Part shown: piece by piece, positions 36,043 to 45,674 of the stretch | Layout: the number at the start of each line of letters is the position of its first letter | Numbering within the stretch: position 1 is the first letter of the stretch | Origin: Candidatus Dojkabacteria bacterium | GTDB lineage: Bacteria; Patescibacteriota; Dojkabacteria; J137 | DNA length: 64,000 nucleotides | Direction of reading: 5' to 3' | Assembly (NCBI GenBank): GCA_040006935.1 | Contig: JBDTVZ010000001.1 | Span: 295,772-359,771 of the forward strand | Program-made: the position numbers and the translations under genes | Notes under the pieces: generated by a model | The model's input: only the letters and a program-made list of their open reading frames with translations | Told to the model about the DNA's origin: nothing | The model's database searches: none

Positions 36043-37860
36043 TTAACTTCCACCACTAACTCCATTACCAATCAAATCAAGAAGTTTGATAAAACCTATT
36101 TGTTCCCCAATATTATAGTTTTGATAACTGCTATCCGAGAAATTCGCCATTCCAAACCAAGGAACTTCACCAGAATATATCTTATCTCCATATCGAAATA
36201 AGATTTTATTGGTAGTAGTTTCAGTAGTATATTGTCCATATCCAGGGTAGGATGTTGGAATTGAGATTGGGAACCTTGCTTTAACTTCTTGAAGGTAGGA
36301 TACAGGATATTGTCCAGACATATAAGGATAACCACCCAGTAATGTCTGATAGATTTTGACAGGTATATCTTCATTATTAATAATTAATTTAGAATCGTAT
36401 TGTGTTGAAACCGCAGAGTAGGAGGTAATATTGCTGAGTAATTTATCATAACCTGCACCTTCCTCAAATTGATTAATATAGAAATACAAAGAGTTATATT
36501 TATCTGTAAGAATGTATGAAAGTACGGGGAACCTTACATCGTAATTTTGCTCTTCTTGAGCATAAATTTCATCTCCTTTTAAACCAGCAGGGTAAAAATT
36601 CCTATCTCTATAATAATCGGCATTAACAACAGCTGCCGGAAGATTCTTTACTGTCATAGAGAATAAGCTAAAATCATCATTCAACGGAAAGATTATGCTT
36701 AAATTATGGTCTTTCATATAATTTGCAACTCTATTTGCATACTCAACTTTTGAAAATACATAATTTTTCCAATCTGCAATTCTTATATTATCTTTAAACA
36801 TCTGCTCAAATTCATTAGAAACGCTGTTGAAGTCTGTTGTTTTATAAGTAGCATTATACTCTGCTGCCCAGATTAAATTATTTGGCGATACTTCTCCAAT
36901 ATATAGCTTCCTTCCAACAATTTCGTAAGATTCAGCATCAATTGTTTGTATTGAAATAATTGGAACTAAACCATTGTCGTTTGAATATTTAGAAACAGAA
37001 TCAGGAAGTGCACCTCCACAATAATTATTATATTCCATTTTTACTTCATAATAGGATCTTCCACTAGTTTGAAATATTCTTTGAATTGTTGCACCATAGC
37101 CAAAATAATTTTGTATTGCAGCGTACGAAGTTGGGAATGAAACATTAGGCTTATCAATACTATTGTTGAAATACATTCCGCCTGAATACCAATTTGGCGT
37201 ATATTTTGTAACTATAGCAAAAGTTCCACCTTGGTAATTATAAGTCTCATTATCATTTACCCCATAGTGAGAAGTGTAATAACCTTCAAGGCTTCCATCT
37301 TCACTATCCACTTTTGATGTGTAGTATGAGTTTTCTGAATCAAAATACTCAGAAGTTGTTTGAGTACTTGTAGCCTTAGGAGAATAATAGTTAGGACAAA
37401 TTCCTGATAAATCACCTGGAGTAGTTTTTGTAATAATCTTTCTAAAATTATATTTTGTAAGGTCTGGTTGTGCTTCTGGACCAACTCCTACTGGATTTGT
37501 TGAAGCGCTTTCTATATTCTCTGCTATACCTGTTATCGGATCTACTCGAACGTAACCTTTATTCCCCTGAAAAGTACTTTGTGAAGTTGAAGAATCTGAA
37601 GTAGGAACTGCTGGGCTTACATTTGTCTTAGGATTGTTTTTTATAATCTCTGAGAGTATTTGATTTTTTTGGGCAGGATTTTGATCAATTTTCTGAGCCT
37701 CTGTGAATTCTTTGGAACTTATTCCATTATTATTAGTTATAAAGAAAACTGCTAATATTGCAGCTATAGAAAAGAGTCCAACGCCAGCTAGCAAAATTAT
37801 TCTTGATTTTGGATCTGCAATATATTTTTTAAATTCTGCAAGGAAATCTTCATTTTCCAT
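36043..37860 (-). CDS. large Tyr/Ser/Asn-rich membrane-anchored surface protein (605 aa)
   Basis: N-terminal TM helix (IILLAGVGLFSIAAILAVFFI). The rest is low-complexity YSN-rich. No catalytic motif recognised. Confidence 0.5.
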   Translation of the reverse strand: MENEDFLAEFKKYIADPKSRIILLAGVGLFSIAAILAVFFITNNNGISSKEFTEAQKIDQNPAQKNQILSEIIKNNPKTNVSPAVPTSDSSTSQSTFQGNKGYVRVDPITGIAENIESASTNPVGVGPEAQPDLTKYNFRKIITKTTPGDLSGICPNYYSPKATSTQTTSEYFDSENSYYTSKVDSEDGSLEGYYTSHYGVNDNETYNYQGGTFAIVTKYTPNWYSGGMYFNNSIDKPNVSFPTSYAAIQNYFGYGATIQRIFQTSGRSYYEVKMEYNNYCGGALPDSVSKYSNDNGLVPIISIQTIDAESYEIVGRKLYIGEVSPNNLIWAAEYNATYKTTDFNSVSNEFEQMFKDNIRIADWKNYVFSKVEYANRVANYMKDHNLSIIFPLNDDFSLFSMTVKNLPAAVVNADYYRDRNFYPAGLKGDEIYAQEEQNYDVRFPVLSYILTDKYNSLYFYINQFEEGAGYDKLLSNITSYSAVSTQYDSKLIINNEDIPVKIYQTLLGGYPYMSGQYPVSYLQEVKARFPISIPTSYPGYGQYTTETTTNKILFRYGDKIYSGEVPWFGMANFSDSSYQNYNIGEQIGFIKLLDLIGNGVSGGS

Positions 37861-37881
37861 ATAGTATTGATAACAAAAGTA

Positions 37882-38094
37882 TTATGGACAAGGTTTAAAT
37901 TCACAATTATTTAACGGATCTCTTCCAACTGCTGAACCATCTGGACACATTTTCGCTTCTAAAGTGCAAGCGATTGGGCCTGTAGATTTTGGATTATTCA
38001 TTAAATAATAAATAATTCCAAATCCTATAGTACATATCCCACAAATGAATGCTAGAATAAAACAACTGATTGCTATTATCGTTTTTTGATTCAT
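37882..38094 (-). CDS. small membrane protein with an extracytoplasmic 4-Cys tail (70 aa)
   Basis: A TM helix followed by C..C..C..C. Lies just upstream of the surface protein. Confidence 0.4.
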   Translation of the reverse strand: MNQKTIIAISCFILAFICGICTIGFGIIYYLMNNPKSTGPIACTLEAKMCPDGSAVGRDPLNNCEFKPCP

Positions 38095-38290
38095 TGTGAG
38101 ACAATAATATTTATCTGGGAATATTCTACAACAAATACTGTCAGTTTATAAGAATATACTATAATATATTCGGAAATTTTCAATTACATAATTTACAGTT
38201 TCCAAACAATGATTAAATTTAATAATTCTAAAATTGTTTCATTGCAAAGTGAAAATTTAAAGGCAGAATTTATAATTTAGGATTTTTTAA

Positions 38291-40024
38291 ATGAGAAAAA
38301 AGTTAGTAATAATAGGCCTAGGAGTATTGTTCCTACTCTCAATTCTGGTAAATGGTTCTCCATTTATATTTGGAGATGGTTATGGATATTTTCACAATGC
38401 AAAAACTTTAGTAACAACTGGTAGTTTTTTAGAATTAAAAGAACCTGAGTATTTTCCTTATACTGGGCATGCAGTCACAGAGCAAAATGGGAAATTTGTA
38501 ACATCATATCCTCCTGGAAGTTCAATCTTACTTTGGCCATTTTTGACTGTTTCTAAATTTTTCGATTCTGGGACTATTTATACAGATTATTATAAAGCTT
38601 TTGACGGGCATTCTGTCGCTGATGGATTAGCAGTTTTACTTGCAGCCAGTTTTTATGCATTTCTAAGTTTAGTAATTATTTATAAAATTTTAAAAAGTTT
38701 AGGATTCAATTCAAAAATTTCCTTAATATCAGTTGTTGTTGTTTACATTGGAAGTTATGCTTTAAGTTACACAGAACAATTTGCATCATATTCACATATT
38801 TATGAGATCTTTGCAGTTTCAACACTCTTATACTTTTTAATTCAGTTTGGGAAAAAATTTGAATATAAATATACACTTTTTGCTGGAGCAGCTGCAGGTT
38901 TATTAGTTTTAATTCGACCAGTTGATGTAGTGATTGTAATTCCTATTTTATTCTTTGTATTTGCTTATAGAAATACTAAATCAAGTATTTTATTTATCCT
39001 AGGTGCAATTCCCTCAGCATTAATTTTCTTTCTTTATAATACAATTAATTTCGGAAACCCTTTATCTACAGGTTACGGTTCTTCCGAAAAATTATTCGAT
39101 TTTACAAAATTTAACTTAGTGAACTTACTATTTTCTGATGTACGAGGTTGGTACATTTATTCTCCTGTAATGTTAATTGGAAGTATTGGATTATTAATTT
39201 ATGCTTGGAGAAATAGACCATCATTTTTAATTTATTTAGCTCCATGCATCTTACTAATTTTAACTTATTCATTTTGGCCAAATTGGTGGGCAGGAGATAG
39301 TTTAGGACAAAGGTTTTTCCTAGTTTTAATTCCATTTATGGCAATTGGAATTGCGGTGTCTTTGCGAGGAGCGCAGCGACAAAGCAATCTCATACAAACA
39401 ATAGCTATATTTTTCATCGCTACACTTACTATCTATTCACTGACAATTACAATTCTTTACAGAATTACACCAACTGATGAGCTTTACAAAACGAATGCTG
39501 TTACAGCGGAAAAATATCCGGAAGTTACACCAGCCGAGCGCTTTACACCTTTTGATATTTTGAATTATCATAAAGAATTAATAGATCAAGGAGAATTTAA
39601 ATTTCCTAATAAATTAATTCAAGGATTTAACGGAGGTAGAAGTTTACTCTTATTAGCATTAGGACAAACTTACCCCATAGCGAAACTAGAAAAAATTTCT
39701 GACTTAACGTTTATAATTCATTTAATTCCAAATAATATTAATTCCCCGGTTATATCTAATGTTCGAATCGGCATACAGCAGAGTAGTAATTATTATGTGT
39801 TTACGTTTAAAAATGTAGATCTTTCAAAAACTTCCGAAATTCAGCTTGATTGTTCGATAGAGAGTGATTGTGTAATTAAAAATAGTATTAATGAATTTAC
39901 CAAAGAAGTCTTGAGTACGACTGAAATAACTTCAAAGCAAATAGAATTAAGCTCGGATCTAAAAATTGATTTCGAAGCAGGTGAGAATATTAAACTTGTA
40001 GATTATAAACTGAAGAATTTATAG
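38291..40024 (+). CDS. polytopic membrane glycosyltransferase, GT39/GT83 (PMT/ArnT)-like
   Basis: About 12 TM helices plus a C-terminal soluble domain. This architecture is common in CPR genomes. I could not confirm the Asp-Glu catalytic dyad by eye. Confidence 0.5.
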   Translation: MRKKLVIIGLGVLFLLSILVNGSPFIFGDGYGYFHNAKTLVTTGSFLELKEPEYFPYTGHAVTEQNGKFVTSYPPGSSILLWPFLTVSKFFDSGTIYTDYYKAFDGHSVADGLAVLLAASFYAFLSLVIIYKILKSLGFNSKISLISVVVVYIGSYALSYTEQFASYSHIYEIFAVSTLLYFLIQFGKKFEYKYTLFAGAAAGLLVLIRPVDVVIVIPILFFVFAYRNTKSSILFILGAIPSALIFFLYNTINFGNPLSTGYGSSEKLFDFTKFNLVNLLFSDVRGWYIYSPVMLIGSIGLLIYAWRNRPSFLIYLAPCILLILTYSFWPNWWAGDSLGQRFFLVLIPFMAIGIAVSLRGAQRQSNLIQTIAIFFIATLTIYSLTITILYRITPTDELYKTNAVTAEKYPEVTPAERFTPFDILNYHKELIDQGEFKFPNKLIQGFNGGRSLLLLALGQTYPIAKLEKISDLTFIIHLIPNNINSPVISNVRIGIQQSSNYYVFTFKNVDLSKTSEIQLDCSIESDCVIKNSINEFTKEVLSTTEITSKQIELSSDLKIDFEAGENIKLVDYKLKNL

Positions 40025-40094
40025 GACTTTACCACCTGCATTACTCGTCTGTTATAAAGAAAACAGAGTTACTCAGACCTTTGTGTTATTTCGC

Positions 40095-40142
40095 TTGCCT
40101 GCCTTCCGTGTCTGCCGACAGGCAAGGCAGGCACGGAAGGGG
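40095..40142. repeat. R5 palindromic element between convergent genes
   Basis: Copy of 13379-13435. Confidence 0.7.
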
Positions 40143-40146
40143 TTAT

Positions 40147-40458
40147 TTAAAACCTAAACATATACTTATCCAAATCCACTTTTCTTTCCTCAGTAAATTC
40201 AATACCATCATTTTCTAATCTTTGTTTTTGTTCCTGCCATCCCCCAAGAGAGAATTTCTCTGCAAGAGAACCATCTTTAGCAACAACTCTGTGGCAAGGT
40301 ACTTTAGGATTTTGATTTCCATAAACAGCCCAACCAACTTTTCTAGCATCTTTGGACCCTACAAATCTTGCAACATCTCCATAAGTTGTAACTTTTCCTT
40401 TTGGAATCATTGCTACTGCTGCTCTTATTTTTTCGAATAAGGATTCTTTTTCGTCCAT
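40147..40458 (-). CDS. ogt: methylated-DNA--protein-cysteine methyltransferase, C-terminal (DNA-binding/active-site) domain only
   Basis: The PCHRVV active-site motif with cysteine is present. 103 aa. Confidence 0.7.
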   Translation of the reverse strand: MDEKESLFEKIRAAVAMIPKGKVTTYGDVARFVGSKDARKVGWAVYGNQNPKVPCHRVVAKDGSLAEKFSLGGWQEQKQRLENDGIEFTEERKVDLDKYMFRF

Positions 40459-40486
40459 ATGATTGATTTTAACATGAAGACAATTC

Positions 40487-41251
40487 CTATGCTTCAGAAG
40501 CTCCTCTCGCCATTCCTACAATAATGCTCTCAGCTTGAACAATTTGATCTCTTAAATGGTCGGCACCATAAGAAGCTTCCATACTTACGGCTAGAGAAGA
40601 AAATATAATTTCTTTAACTCCAACAAGTAAGTTTTCCAAACCACCATAAAAATCTAATATCTCAAGAAAAATTTCTCCATATTTATTTTGAAGTTTCTTT
40701 TCTTCGTCTTCGACATTTTTCTTCCCATTCTGGAAATATCTAATATTAAATTTTTCTTCGGCAACGTTTAACATAAATAATGCTAATGCAGCGTGTTTAT
40801 GTAGTTCAAAAAGATCTCTGATTTTTGCTCTTACATATTCCCAATTTTCTAAACCCTCTTCTAATAAATACAACTGCATTAAATTATAGAGTACATCACC
40901 TACTTCGGACATAACATGCATGCCGAGTTCGACAAGAATATCTGGATTAGTTTCGTGAATATCCTTACTATTTATTAACTCAAAAACAGCGACCGCTGCT
41001 TCTGTTAACTCACAGTCTTTTTTAGCTGGCTTATCTGGTCTCGAGTCTAAGTCTGTAATATGGCCATTAATTCTTACTTTTGCATTACTAACATTTCCAG
41101 CGCTAAGAAAGCTCACAATAAAATCTCGTGGTTTCTTTTCTCTTCCGTATAAAGCATTCTCTGTTCTTGTTAGAGTATTTATACTGGCAAAGAAATCAGG
41201 AAGTTCTCTTTTTAAATTATTTTGTTTTAATAAACCTTCTAAAATTTCCAT
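40487..41251 (-). CDS. possible MazG-like all-alpha NTP pyrophosphohydrolase
   Basis: An E..E..GDVL..L-like helix pair. Weak, by eye only. Confidence 0.3.
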   Translation of the reverse strand: MEILEGLLKQNNLKRELPDFFASINTLTRTENALYGREKKPRDFIVSFLSAGNVSNAKVRINGHITDLDSRPDKPAKKDCELTEAAVAVFELINSKDIHETNPDILVELGMHVMSEVGDVLYNLMQLYLLEEGLENWEYVRAKIRDLFELHKHAALALFMLNVAEEKFNIRYFQNGKKNVEDEEKKLQNKYGEIFLEILDFYGGLENLLVGVKEIIFSSLAVSMEASYGADHLRDQIVQAESIIVGMARGASEA

Positions 41252-41336
41252 TGAGAATTAATTAATCGAACGATTATATCATCCAGGAAAGCATCTGTCA
41301 TCGAAAACAAGTGACTATATGATATAATTACTATAT

Positions 41337-42377
41337 ATGAACCAATACAGACTTCCTAACAATTGGGATGAGCATAAATTCGAATACTTCGATGGAGAGA
41401 GGGATGTCTATTTAGTCAGCAATGACCCCTCTGTCTCACATTATGCCTACGAAAAGCTTACAGAGAATTATAAGTACAACGATGGAATTGTCCTTGCTGT
41501 TTGTGGTGGAATGGACTCAGCATTTAATTTATTTGCTGCTACTAAGTCCGATGTGGGAAAGGATGAGCGAGTATTGATTCTTGCGGATACTAATAATGTA
41601 ACTATTGATTCTTTTGCACCTTATAGACTTGACCTAATTGCAAAATTTGAAGACCCGCTTGAATATATCATACATGCCTTTCCTTTTGATCCGATAATTT
41701 TAGAGATAATGAAAGTAACTAAGCGCAACAGTTATAATAGTAAAATAGCTGGCTTGTATAGACGATTAGATAGTTTTACTCCTAATATTGATGAATCTAC
41801 AATTAAGATAGGTATTGATGCATTAGATTATCCAGAAGAGATCAAAATTAAAATCCTGAATATCATTTTTAATTCGGATATGGTTAGAAGAAACACCGAC
41901 GGAGATATCGTTGGAAGTGTTAAAGGAAACATAACATATCCTCTAACTCAATTTATTTTGCATATTGACGATGTAAATTGGCTTCAAGAAGAAAACTACA
42001 AAATAATTAGGACTGCTATATTAGAAGGTAGAGTAAAGTTAGTTCGTATGCCAATACAATTTATGCCTAAATACAGAAAGGATAACTCGATGGGGTTAGG
42101 AAATAAACCAATAAGGTCTATAATGCTTTCAAATGTTCCTCAATACCTAAATGAAAGTGAACTAGATAATCTAATACAAGGACTTGAAGATTATAATTCT
42201 CACTCAGAAGCTCCTGAATCTAATTTATTAGTAAATGGATTTACATTCCCGGACGCAATGGAAGTCTATATCTCATTATTTCACAGTGCTGATTATGCTA
42301 AATATAGGGAACAATTATTAATGCAGAATTGGATGTTTGGTAAACCTAGTGCCATGGACGATGTTACTGAAGCATAG
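41337..42377 (+). CDS. hypothetical protein with a PP-loop-like motif (VLAVCGGMDSA)
   Basis: Resembles the SGGxDS ATP pyrophosphatase signature. Otherwise unrecognised. Confidence 0.3.
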   Translation: MNQYRLPNNWDEHKFEYFDGERDVYLVSNDPSVSHYAYEKLTENYKYNDGIVLAVCGGMDSAFNLFAATKSDVGKDERVLILADTNNVTIDSFAPYRLDLIAKFEDPLEYIIHAFPFDPIILEIMKVTKRNSYNSKIAGLYRRLDSFTPNIDESTIKIGIDALDYPEEIKIKILNIIFNSDMVRRNTDGDIVGSVKGNITYPLTQFILHIDDVNWLQEENYKIIRTAILEGRVKLVRMPIQFMPKYRKDNSMGLGNKPIRSIMLSNVPQYLNESELDNLIQGLEDYNSHSEAPESNLLVNGFTFPDAMEVYISLFHSADYAKYREQLLMQNWMFGKPSAMDDVTEA

Positions 42378-42396
42378 TTATTTCTTTGAAACAAAT

Positions 42397-42930
42397 TTAT
42401 TGCTCTTGATTTAACAATTCTACAAGCTTAGCTTGAATTTCCGGAAGATGGTCTATACGGTAGTGCTTTATATCTATAAGTAGACTCCAGAAAAGAGGAA
42501 AGAATTCATTCAAACGCATACTCTTGTTCCAGTCGTTGGACGGAATGCCTTTATATGCAAAAACTAAATTCTGTGAAATTTCAATAAACTCTCCAAATAC
42601 CTTTTCCCAACTTAAAAATCTCCTTTCATTAACATTATCTGCATTGAATTGATTCATCTCATCATCACCATCAACCCAAACACTATCCTCATCTCTTAGA
42701 GTACGGGCTATATCGTCAATAGTAAGTTGATTCCATCCTGAAAAATGAGCAAGGCTATCCTTTAAACTCCATTCTCCGATTAAAGTAATTTCTCTATACT
42801 CTTCTGGAAATTGATTAATTAATTCTATAAAGGAATTTATTGCACCGGCAAGTATTTCTTGAGTTTTCTCAATATCAATATTTTCTTGTTTTGTTTCAAA
42901 AATTTTCTCGTATGTATCGTATATTTCCAT
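42397..42930 (-). CDS. DinB/ClbS-like four-helix-bundle protein (tentative)
   Basis: Size and a conserved-looking H/W pattern. Low certainty. Confidence 0.3.
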   Translation of the reverse strand: MEIYDTYEKIFETKQENIDIEKTQEILAGAINSFIELINQFPEEYREITLIGEWSLKDSLAHFSGWNQLTIDDIARTLRDEDSVWVDGDDEMNQFNADNVNERRFLSWEKVFGEFIEISQNLVFAYKGIPSNDWNKSMRLNEFFPLFWSLLIDIKHYRIDHLPEIQAKLVELLNQEQ

Positions 42931-42982
42931 AATTAGATTATATCATGAAGATATTAGATATTCCTAGGTGAAATATGTGCGG

Positions 42983-43585
42983 TTAAGATTTTCTACTTAC
43001 AAATTTATTTTCTTTTATATAAAATCTATAATCAAATTCCTTAGCTTTAGATATTCCAACTCTTTTAGTTTTAATAATCTTCGATTCAGGTAATTTAAAC
43101 CCATCATCCATAATATAGATCTCTGATTTTTCTGAAGTTAAATCAATTCCATCTAATTCTTTTGTAATTCCTAAAGCTTTGCATAACTTTCCTGGTCCTG
43201 AAGTAAGGCTCTTTTCATCCGCCTTCGCTAACGCTTCGGCGGACAAGTTCCTTAGCTCTTTCATTTTATCTATTCCATCAATTGGTTCTAAAGCTCTAAT
43301 CAAAACACTTGTTGGAACTTCTGCAACAACATCCAGACAAAAGTGAGTATGAATAGAGTAAATGTAAGAATTTCCAGGTTTAGAAAATAGAGATTTATTC
43401 CTTTTGGTTTCTCCTTTAAAAGCATGTGCGGCTTCATCTTGGTTTGCAAGATAGGCTTCTACTTCTACAATACGGCCAGAAATAATTTGGCCGTTCAAAT
43501 TACGAACTAGAACCTTTCCTAAAAGTTCAGGAGCGAGTCTTATAGCATTGCGATTGTAGAAAGATTGATTTAGAATTTGCATCAT
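42983..43585 (-). CDS. mpg: 3-methyladenine DNA glycosylase (MPG/AAG family)
   Basis: AIRLAPELLGKVLVR...GRIVEVEAY...GNSYIYSIHTHFCLDVV is characteristic of the Mpg family. Confidence 0.7.
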   Translation of the reverse strand: MMQILNQSFYNRNAIRLAPELLGKVLVRNLNGQIISGRIVEVEAYLANQDEAAHAFKGETKRNKSLFSKPGNSYIYSIHTHFCLDVVAEVPTSVLIRALEPIDGIDKMKELRNLSAEALAKADEKSLTSGPGKLCKALGITKELDGIDLTSEKSEIYIMDDGFKLPESKIIKTKRVGISKAKEFDYRFYIKENKFVSRKS

Positions 43586-43677
43586 TTTTTAGACTGGCTT
43601 AAGCCTGCACCTAAAGATAAACCTATATATTGTTCCCTGTTTTTGTCTTTCATAAATTATTATTTATAAATAGATAG

Positions 43678-43709
43678 CTGACTGCGAGAATCGAACTCAC
43701 ACCCTACTG
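43678..43709 (-). other. tRNA 3'-end-like fragment (GTGAG TTCGATT CTCGC AGTCAGC) immediately downstream of tRNA-Thr
   Basis: T-arm-like and acceptor-like sequence with no 5' half. A hairpin GCTTAT CCCG ATAAAGC lies between it and the tRNA. Confidence 0.25.
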
Positions 43710-43722
43710 CTTATCCCGATAA

Positions 43723-43795
43723 AGCTGGAAGTGAGATTTGAACTCACGATCTACGGTTTACGATACCGTTGCTTTACCAACTAAGCCATTCCAGC
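43723..43795 (-). tRNA. tRNA-Thr (anticodon CGU)
   Basis: I folded it by hand as a cloverleaf: acceptor GCTGGAA/TTCCAGC, D-stem GCTT/AAGC, anticodon stem ACGGT/ACCGT with loop ATCGTAA, T-arm GTGAG TTCAAAT CTCAC. No encoded CCA. Confidence 0.8.
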
Positions 43796-44127
43796 TTTAT
43801 CAGGACTCTCCATACTTGCCAGCCAGACTGGTCCCCTTGGACGGATGCTACATCGCCAATAAGCGAAATTATACATTAACCTATAGAAATTTTCTGAAAA
43901 GAAATATCATAATTTTCTAAATACTTCGATACAAACTAATTATACTGACAGGTAAAAACATTTGGACAGTATCTGTACGATCTTATATAGATGATTTTTA
44001 TTTGATTTTCTTTTTTAAATACCCTAAACTAAATCTAGTGACATATACGTTACTAAATTGCTCGATATATCTCCATACATAAAGATAAAAAGCAATTATT
44101 AAAAATAATATTTTTTATTTTAGGTTT

Positions 44128-44955
44128 ATGAAATTATTAAGAAACCTTTCAGTAATTGCATTCATTGCAATGTTTACTTTGGGTCAAACCGTAGTAACTA
44201 AAGCTGCAACATCACCAGTTTTTGGTGCTGCAGGTACTTATGCAGTATTAGGAGGTTCTATTGTAAGTAATACTGGAGCAACTGTAGTAACAGGAGATGT
44301 AGGTGTTAGCCCTAGTATTGGAGTACCCCCACACATAACAGGTTTCCCACCTGGGATTGTTAATGGGTCACAACATGACGCAGATACAAATGCTGGTGCT
44401 GCTCAGGCAGACGATACATCTTTATTTGGTGCTATTGACCAAGGCTGCGATACTACATATGGTGGAGTGCAAGATTTAACTTTGGTGTCTCCTCTTGTAG
44501 CTGGTACTTATTGTTCAACTGGTTCATTTGCTCTTACTGGAAATTTAACTCTTTCTGGAGCAGGGGTCTGGATTTTTAAATCTGCATCTACAATTATTAC
44601 ATCACCTGGCTCATCTGTTACTGGAGGAAATCCTTGTAATATATGGTGGAGAGCAGTTAGTTCTGTAACTTTAGATACAACTACTTCCTTTCAAGGAAAT
44701 GTTTTAGCACTAACAGATATCACTATGAATACTGGTGCTACATTAAATGGTAGACTTTTAGCACAAACTGGAGAAGTTACTTTAGATTCTAATGTGATTA
44801 CTAATGCTGCTTGTGCTACATTACCAAGTACAGCAGGTGGAGAAGTTACACAGGTTTCTAATTCACCTTGGAGTTATGTAATAGTAGCACTAGCTGGAGT
44901 ATCAACAGTTTTATTCTTTTTCAGCCCAAGAAGAAGGAAAGAAACAGCTCTTTAG
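44128..44955 (+). CDS. ice-binding-like (DUF3494) family secreted surface protein with an LPSTAG sorting-like motif and a C-terminal hydrophobic segment plus RRRK tail
   Basis: A signal peptide followed by AAGTYAVLGGSIVSNTGATVVTGDVGVSPSIG...ITGFPPG, characteristic of DUF3494. The C-terminus is LPSTAGG...VIVALAGVSTVLFFFSPRRRKE. Confidence 0.55.
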   Translation: MKLLRNLSVIAFIAMFTLGQTVVTKAATSPVFGAAGTYAVLGGSIVSNTGATVVTGDVGVSPSIGVPPHITGFPPGIVNGSQHDADTNAGAAQADDTSLFGAIDQGCDTTYGGVQDLTLVSPLVAGTYCSTGSFALTGNLTLSGAGVWIFKSASTIITSPGSSVTGGNPCNIWWRAVSSVTLDTTTSFQGNVLALTDITMNTGATLNGRLLAQTGEVTLDSNVITNAACATLPSTAGGEVTQVSNSPWSYVIVALAGVSTVLFFFSPRRRKETAL

Positions 44956-44999
44956 GATAACAAATATAAAGTAAATGCAAAAAGACTCGCAAGAGTCTT

Positions 45000-45614
45000 T
45001 TGCTCTTTAAAATATTATTCATGAAAACTTTCAAAATTCTTAGAAGATTAAATATTATTATATCTATTACAATAGGGGTCCTTGCCTTATATATTCTTCT
45101 AATTCCTGCTTTACCAGGAATTATTTTTGCAATAAATACAAATCAATATTATGGTTTTGCATATAAATCACAAAAGACTTTAGAAATTCTTAGAGAAAAA
45201 GCAAACGAACTTCCAGAAATTCCTAAAGAAAATACTTTAGTAATTCCTCAAATATATGTAAATGCAAAAATTAACGAAGGAACCCAGGAATCTACCTTAA
45301 ACCTTGGTATGTGGAGAAGGCCAAACACAAGTACACCGGATAAAGGAGGCAATACAGTTATAACTTCACATAGATTTCTACATACAATCGGTCCAAATAC
45401 ATTTTTCAATTTAGATAGACTTGAAATAAATAATATTGTTCTAGTCTACTGGCAGGGCAAAGAATATGTTTATAAAGTTTACGAAATTTCCAATGTATTG
45501 CCTCAGCAAGTCGATATTGAATTTAATACAAAAGATCCAATACTTACATTATATACATGTGAACCCTTATGGACATCCGAGAAAAGGCTGGTAGTAAAAG
45601 CAAAACTTCAGTAA
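45000..45614 (+). CDS. sortase (transpeptidase)
   Basis: N-terminal TM helix, ITSHRF (His), LTLYTCEP (TLxTC Cys), and a downstream Arg. Directly follows the putative substrate. Confidence 0.7.
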   Translation: MLFKILFMKTFKILRRLNIIISITIGVLALYILLIPALPGIIFAINTNQYYGFAYKSQKTLEILREKANELPEIPKENTLVIPQIYVNAKINEGTQESTLNLGMWRRPNTSTPDKGGNTVITSHRFLHTIGPNTFFNLDRLEINNIVLVYWQGKEYVYKVYEISNVLPQQVDIEFNTKDPILTLYTCEPLWTSEKRLVVKAKLQ

Positions 45615-45674
45615 CAAAAAAACAGCTTATTATTGAATCTGTACATTTAATATTAAGAGTGATTTTGCTATGCA

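Noticed and set aside
43738-43920. 60-aa ORF on the plus strand
   Set aside because: It overlaps the hand-folded tRNA-Thr gene on the opposite strand. It is a spurious ORF.
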